Shown here: positions 58,619 to 64,000 of the stretch, piece by piece
Layout: each line of letters starts with the position of its first letter
Numbering within the stretch: position 1 is the stretch's first letter
Assembly: GCA_020137815.1 (NCBI GenBank)
Contig: CM035359.1
Span: 744,001-808,000 of the forward strand
Reading direction: 5' to 3'
DNA from: Hormiphora californensis
Taxonomy: Eukaryota > Animalia > Ctenophora
DNA length: 64,000 nt
Position numbers and translations under genes: made by a program
Notes under the pieces: generated by a model
Told to the model about the DNA's origin: nothing
What the model saw: the letters and a program-made list of their open reading frames with translations, nothing else
The model's database searches: none

Positions 58619-59619
58619 CAACCCCCGAGTTTCAATGTTTACCAACCATAGAGGTCGCCGGTATATTTTCTCCATATACCACTGAATATCACACCATGTT
58701 GCGAATTAATAGTGGGCTATAATTAATTATCAATACAAAGTGGTATCTAGCTGTCTCAGCATGCCCCCACTTGCCTAGCTAGACTCTGTTTCATGCCCTC
58801 AGACACACATTTCTTGATTATAGCGCTCTCTCTCTCTAATTAGCTTGTCTCTAGAAGAGTTAAATCAAGCATCATGGGTTGTGACTTGTTGAGTAAGGGG
58901 GAAGGGTTGTGACAGCTCTGCATATTTGAAGGTTACTGGTTCCTGCATGTCTCAACATGTCTCACTACAATTGTAGTGAGACATGTTGACATATCTGTAC
59001 TATTATATACTTTTATATATATACTTATATATATACTTATATAGTAATACCAATTCATTTTTATCTTTGTGATGGTTGGTGTCTCCTCGTGCAGAGCATC
59101 ATAAAACTCAGTTTTATTAAAACTGATAGTATTATACTATCGGTTTCTATTATAGACTGTAAAAACCACTTTTGTGTTTTGTATGAAAATAGGTATCTGT
59201 AAAGAGGAACATATCTGATATCTAATTAGGATACCTGGTAGTATTATTATAGCTACCTATTATAGTATATATTAGCTGATTTTAATGTGCATCAAGCTTT
59301 ATATTTTTACGCAACAACTTGTCTGCCTCAAAAAATCATTGCTAAATCTGGAAATCAAAGATAGCTCCTTTATATAATACCTGCGCCCAGTTATTCAACA
59401 TCAATATAACAATAATTTACTAGTTTCACGGATACTAAATGTTCAATTATAACTATAATAGCTATATAATGAAAACAGTCCCTAATCTAAAGCAAGTGAA
59501 TTGTAAATTAAAGATAAATAAGAAAAGTTAAAGCAACTGCCATAACAATTTGTGAATCTTTGCTTCGTAAAAAGTGAAAACCTCGCAACAGGAAGTACTG
59601 AGAGACAATAAAAAAAGAA

Positions 59620-62600
59620 AGAAATAGGGGGATTTAAAAAGGGAAGGAGGAGAGAACGAAAAGAAGAGAAGAAAGAAGAGATAAGATTTTATTTTTACCC
59701 TTTGCTTTTAGAAAGAGAGAGAGAGAAAAATTCTTTGGGTTTTTTTATTACACTTTTCTTTTAATTTTCCTTTACAAAATTGCGGGCTGCCCAAGGACCT
59801 TTGTTTTTTTTTAAATTTTTTATCCCCTTTTGGGCAATACCTTCTATAAAACTGAATGGACCCATGACATATTAAATTGTTTTCAATGGCCCGAATGGGT
59901 TTATGGAAACAATGTGTTTCACCACGATGCTTTTTAAAATTTTAAAAGTCGTCAGACACAAAATGTTAATTCAAAGGTTTACTGTGTTTGTTAAAGGAGT
60001 AAAAGGTTTCCCACGTGTTAATTTTAAAAAATTTGGGTAAAGGATAAAAGGGTTTTTTAATTGGGGGTGTCAAAATCATTTATTTTAATACAATTTAGAT
60101 ACAATTAAACATGTGTTACAGTGTTACACACATGGTGTCTGCAAGACATTGTTTTCCTTGTACTGAGTACATGTCCTGTGTACTCAAATACATTTTTGTC
60201 ACTTTCTGCAGTCATGTCACTTGTACGGTACAATGTATGTCATTATGTCTTGTTTAAAACGTAAAAAAATTTCCTTTTAAAAAAAAACACACACAGACCC
60301 ACACAGACAACAGACAAAAGACACATCCAACCCCCAAACAAATGCACCAAAAAAACCAATTTAACAATGGGGTTTTGGGGGATACACAAGATTTACTCCC
60401 CCTTTTCCTTTACTGCGCTGGCAAACGCAAAGGGGGCCCCCCCCAAAAATCCAACCCCCCGAAAAAAATTTTTCCCCCCAAACCCCCCCCCCCACCCCCC
60501 CCCGCTTTCTCACACGTTATATATTTTTTTTTATACTTTTTAGGCCCCTTTTGGCCCTTTTTTACATGCCAAATCCCCCCGAACCCGGGAGCCTAGGAAT
60601 GGGTGAAATTTTTAAATTAAAGCTTTTTGTAGAAACCCTATCGTGGTAAAAAATTTTAAATTGGGTAGCCTTTTTTGTTTCAAAAGTTATAAACCCACCC
60701 CCCAAAAAAAAAATTTAGTGTGGGGAAAAAAACTAGGTTGATATCCCTAGGTTGATTTCCCTAGGTTGAAAAAAAATCCCTAGTTATAGAAACCCTTTTT
60801 TTTAAACCCTTTCCTTTTTGGGCCCCCTTTTTTAAAAAACCCCAAAAAAAAAAATCTTACGCCCTTTAAACCAGCGGGGCAAAACGACAAAACAATTTGG
60901 GCTCTTTTGGATTGGGACCCATCTGGGTGGCCACTTTTCCTCCATCTTAAACCCGTTTTCGCCGGCCCCCCAAACGACTTTTAAAGGGGAAAGACTTTTC
61001 CCTTGGGGGCGATGAACCCCAAATAATTTTTTTTTTTTTTTAAACGCCTCTACCCCCTGAAGGGCGGTTCCGATTTTTTAATTTGACGAAAAATTTTTTT
61101 AAAAACCCCGGGAAAAATCTTCCCGAAAATTTTTGGGTACTATTAGCGAATTTCTTAGCTTAAACATTTTGGGGCCCCCTTTAAAATTTCGTTGGAGTCA
61201 AAAAAAAGACGAAAAATTTTTACAAAATTTAAAAGTTTTTTTTTTCCTTTTTTGCCCCCAAAAAATTCATTTCCTTACCCCCCCCCCTTGTGGTCTTGGA
61301 AACTTTACCCCAACCCCCTTTGGGGTATTTATTCAAAATAATCGTGAAAGCAATTAAACTAAAGTCGTTTCGGACGTCCTTTTTCCGTCACTGCAAAAAA
61401 AAACCCCCCACCTTCTAAGTTACGTCGGGGGGAAAAAAAATACGATTTTTTCCAAAAGAAATTCGGCCCCGTTTTTTCTTTTATTGCATTAAATTTCGAC
61501 AATAATTACAATTTTGAAATCAAAGTCCCTTTCTGCATTTAAAAAAAACCCAAAAAAGGGGCCTAATTAAAAACCAAAACTAATTGAAATTTGTTGGGGG
61601 GGAAGGTGGCCCCCAACCCCCCTTTCGAACAACCTTTTCCTTTCTGCCGGGGTCAGGGATATAAAAGGGGGGAAAACAAAAATTTTTAAAACAGTGAAAA
61701 AGGGGCGTTGGGGGGGGGGGGGAAAAAAAGAGAGAAAAGAGAGAAAAAGAGAGAGAAAAGAGAAAAGAGAGAGGGGAAAAGAAAAGAGAGAGGGGGAAAA
61801 TAAAAAAGGAAGGTTCCTCTTCTCTTTCTCTCTCTCTCTCTCCCCTTTTCGCTCTCTCTCTTTTCTCTCTCCCCTCTCTCTCCTCTCTCTCCTCCTCTCT
61901 CTCTCTCCTCTCCCTCTCTCCCCCTCTTCCCCTCTCTCTCTTCTCTCTCTCGCCTTTTCCCCTCTCGCTCTTTTCTCTCTCTCTCCTCTCTCTCTCCTCT
62001 CTCTCCTTCTCTCCCCCTCTCCTCTCCCTTCTCTCCGCCCCGCTCTCTCCCCCTCGCCACTCCTCTCTCTTCTCCCCCGCTCTCTCTCTCTCTCTTCTCT
62101 TCTCTTTCCCTCCTCTTCCCCTCTCTCCTCTCTCTCCTTTCCTCCCCTCTCCCCTCCTCTCTCTCCGCTCTCTCTCTCTCCTCTCGCCTCTCTTGCTCTC
62201 TCCCCCCCTCTCTTCCCCTCTCTTTTCTCTCTCTCTCTCTCTCTCTCTCCCCTCTCTCTCTCTCCCTCCCCCCTCTCTCCTCCCTCTCTCTCCTCGCTCT
62301 CCCTTTTTCTCTCTCCTCTCCTCCCTCTTTTTCCCCCCCCTTTCCTTTCCTTTTCTTTTTCCTCGGCCCCTTTTTCCCTTTTCCCCTTTTACCCCCTTTT
62401 CGCCCGTCCCCGTTCCCCCGGTCCCCTTTTCCCCTCCCCTTCCCCTATCCTTTTTTTTTTCTTTTTCCCGCCGACTCCCCCCTTTTTTTGGGGGGGCCCC
62501 CTTTTTTGTTCCCCCAGGGAATTTAAAACCAGGGCCGCTTGGCCCCCTTCGAGGTTCCCCCCCCTCCCCTTAAACCTTCCCCAGGTGGGTCCCCTTTAAA

Positions 62601-63420
62601 AGAGAAGCCCCTGTTTGGGTTTTTTGGGTTTAAAATTTTTTGGGGGGTTTTTAATTCCTCTTGTTTTTTAAATTTTTCCAAAGGGGGGTCAAAGAGAAAG
62701 AGAGGGGGGGAAAAAGGGATGAACGAATTTGGGAAAAAGTTAAACCCCTTTAAAAAATAAGAAAATGGAAAAACCCGAGGAGAGAATGAGATTTCTGGTT
62801 TATTTCCCCCCGGCCCAAAACAAAAGTGTAAATGGGCCACCTTTTTCCCCCAATAATTCAATTGTTTTTTTGGGTTAATGATTACTAAACCCTTTGATTT
62901 TCAGCAGAGAACTTCATTTTATTAGTTACAGTTGCATTCTAGCTATATTGTTCTAGTTGATATCATATCAGTTTTCAATAAGAAGATATACATATTGTAC
63001 ATATACATATATAAAAATATTTTAAAATTTTTAAAACACAAATTGGCACATATTTTTTCCCCACCCCCCCTCCCCTTTTCCTTTTTTTTTTTTCCCCCTT
63101 TTTTTCCCCTTCAGTGTGGTTTTTTCCCAAACCCAAAATGAAAATCCCAAATTTAAAAACCCCCAAATTTAAAAAAGTGAAAACCCCCCCAAATTTAAAA
63201 AAAACCACCTTTTCCCTTTTAACAAACGATAAAAAGAGGAAACCCCCCTTTTTTAAAGGGCCCTTTCTTTGTAAAAACTTTGTTTTTCCAAAACGTGGTT
63301 AAAAAGGTTTAAATTTTTACTTTAATTAGTTATTGGTTTAATTGTACAAGTGTTAATTAATAATAGGTAACTAGTTTTTAGTTTTGTAATTTAAATTTCA
63401 GGGGCATTTAAACCCCTATT
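59620..63420. other. Low-accuracy (homopolymer-inflated) sequence
   Basis: Same signature as 8520-13400. Confidence 0.7.
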
Positions 63421-63750
63421 TAAACCCCTCTTGGGGGTAAATTAGGTTTGTGCCCCCCCTTCCCCCCCCCCCACCCATCCCCTCCACCCCATCCCCTCCA
63501 CACCACCCCACCCCTCCACTCCCACTCCTTTCAGCTAACCTGGCGGTGCTGAACTTTATATTTCCACCCCCACACCCACCTTCTAAAACTCCTTTCAGCT
63601 AACCTGGCGGGGCTGATCCCCACCCATCCCATCCCCCCTCCACCCCCTCCACCCCACCCACCCCACCCCACCCACCCACCCATCCCCTCCACACCACCCA
63701 CCCCACCCACCCCTCCACCCCCCACACCCACCTTCTAAAACTCCTTTCAG

Positions 63751-63929
63751 CTAACCTGGCGGCGCTGAACTTTCTATTTCAACTGTGGAGGCTCGGGGAA
63801 TTCTTTAAACCAACTAACTACGTGTTTCTCTCCCTAACCTCTGTGGACTTTTTAAGAGGCCTCAGTGGATTTGAGTTTTATCTGCTTTATTTCAATTACA
63901 CTTCACCAGGATCAGATGAGCTATTTCAG
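63751..63929 (+). CDS. Exon of a class A (rhodopsin-like) GPCR, TM1-TM2 region
   Basis: tttcag|..NLAALNFLFQLWRLGEFFKPTNYVFLSLTSVDFLRGLSGFEFYLLYFNYTSPGSDELFQ|gt fits the TM1 Asn and the TM2 P.N.F..SL...D.L.GL signature. Confidence 0.7.
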
Positions 63930-64000
63930 GTTTGGATTAATATGTCCATATATATGGTCATTATATCAATTATTTACTTCATCTTTCTTATCTCACATAT

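Overview
Eukaryotic (animal, invertebrate) genomic DNA. GT-AG spliced genes are scattered through a very dense matrix of MITEs/foldbacks, retroelement remnants, microsatellites and satellites. A ctenophore origin is plausible but is only my inference from the gene content. Supported coding features: the last three exons of a FAM135 gene (1125-2485); an intronless LINE-ORF1-type ORF with no ORF2, inserted in (CT)n (16367-17326); an apparently intact intron-containing Mutator/MULE transposon with ~300-bp TIRs and a 9-bp TSD (32315-36546); a complete 4-exon 133-aa secreted protein (38136-39619); a class-A GPCR exon (63751-63929); and several unassigned exons on both strands. The most striking pattern is that tandem repeats repeatedly sit exactly on exon boundaries. 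Around a dozen splice acceptors, donors or stop codons are tandemly copied into the adjacent intron or UTR. Both multi-kb satellites belong to this class: a 44-bp unit equal to the FAM135 C-terminal codons plus stop, and a 43-bp unit equal to an acceptor plus ATG. Other structured elements include minimal Penelope-type hammerhead cores, a tRNA-like Pol III cassette inside a MITE, a covarying cloverleaf mini-element family and Helitron-like 3' ends. About 4020-5870, 8520-13400, 13960-14160 and 59620-63420 look like low-accuracy (homopolymer-inflated) long-read consensus and cannot be read at base level. Most long ORFs in the supplied track are repeat artefacts.
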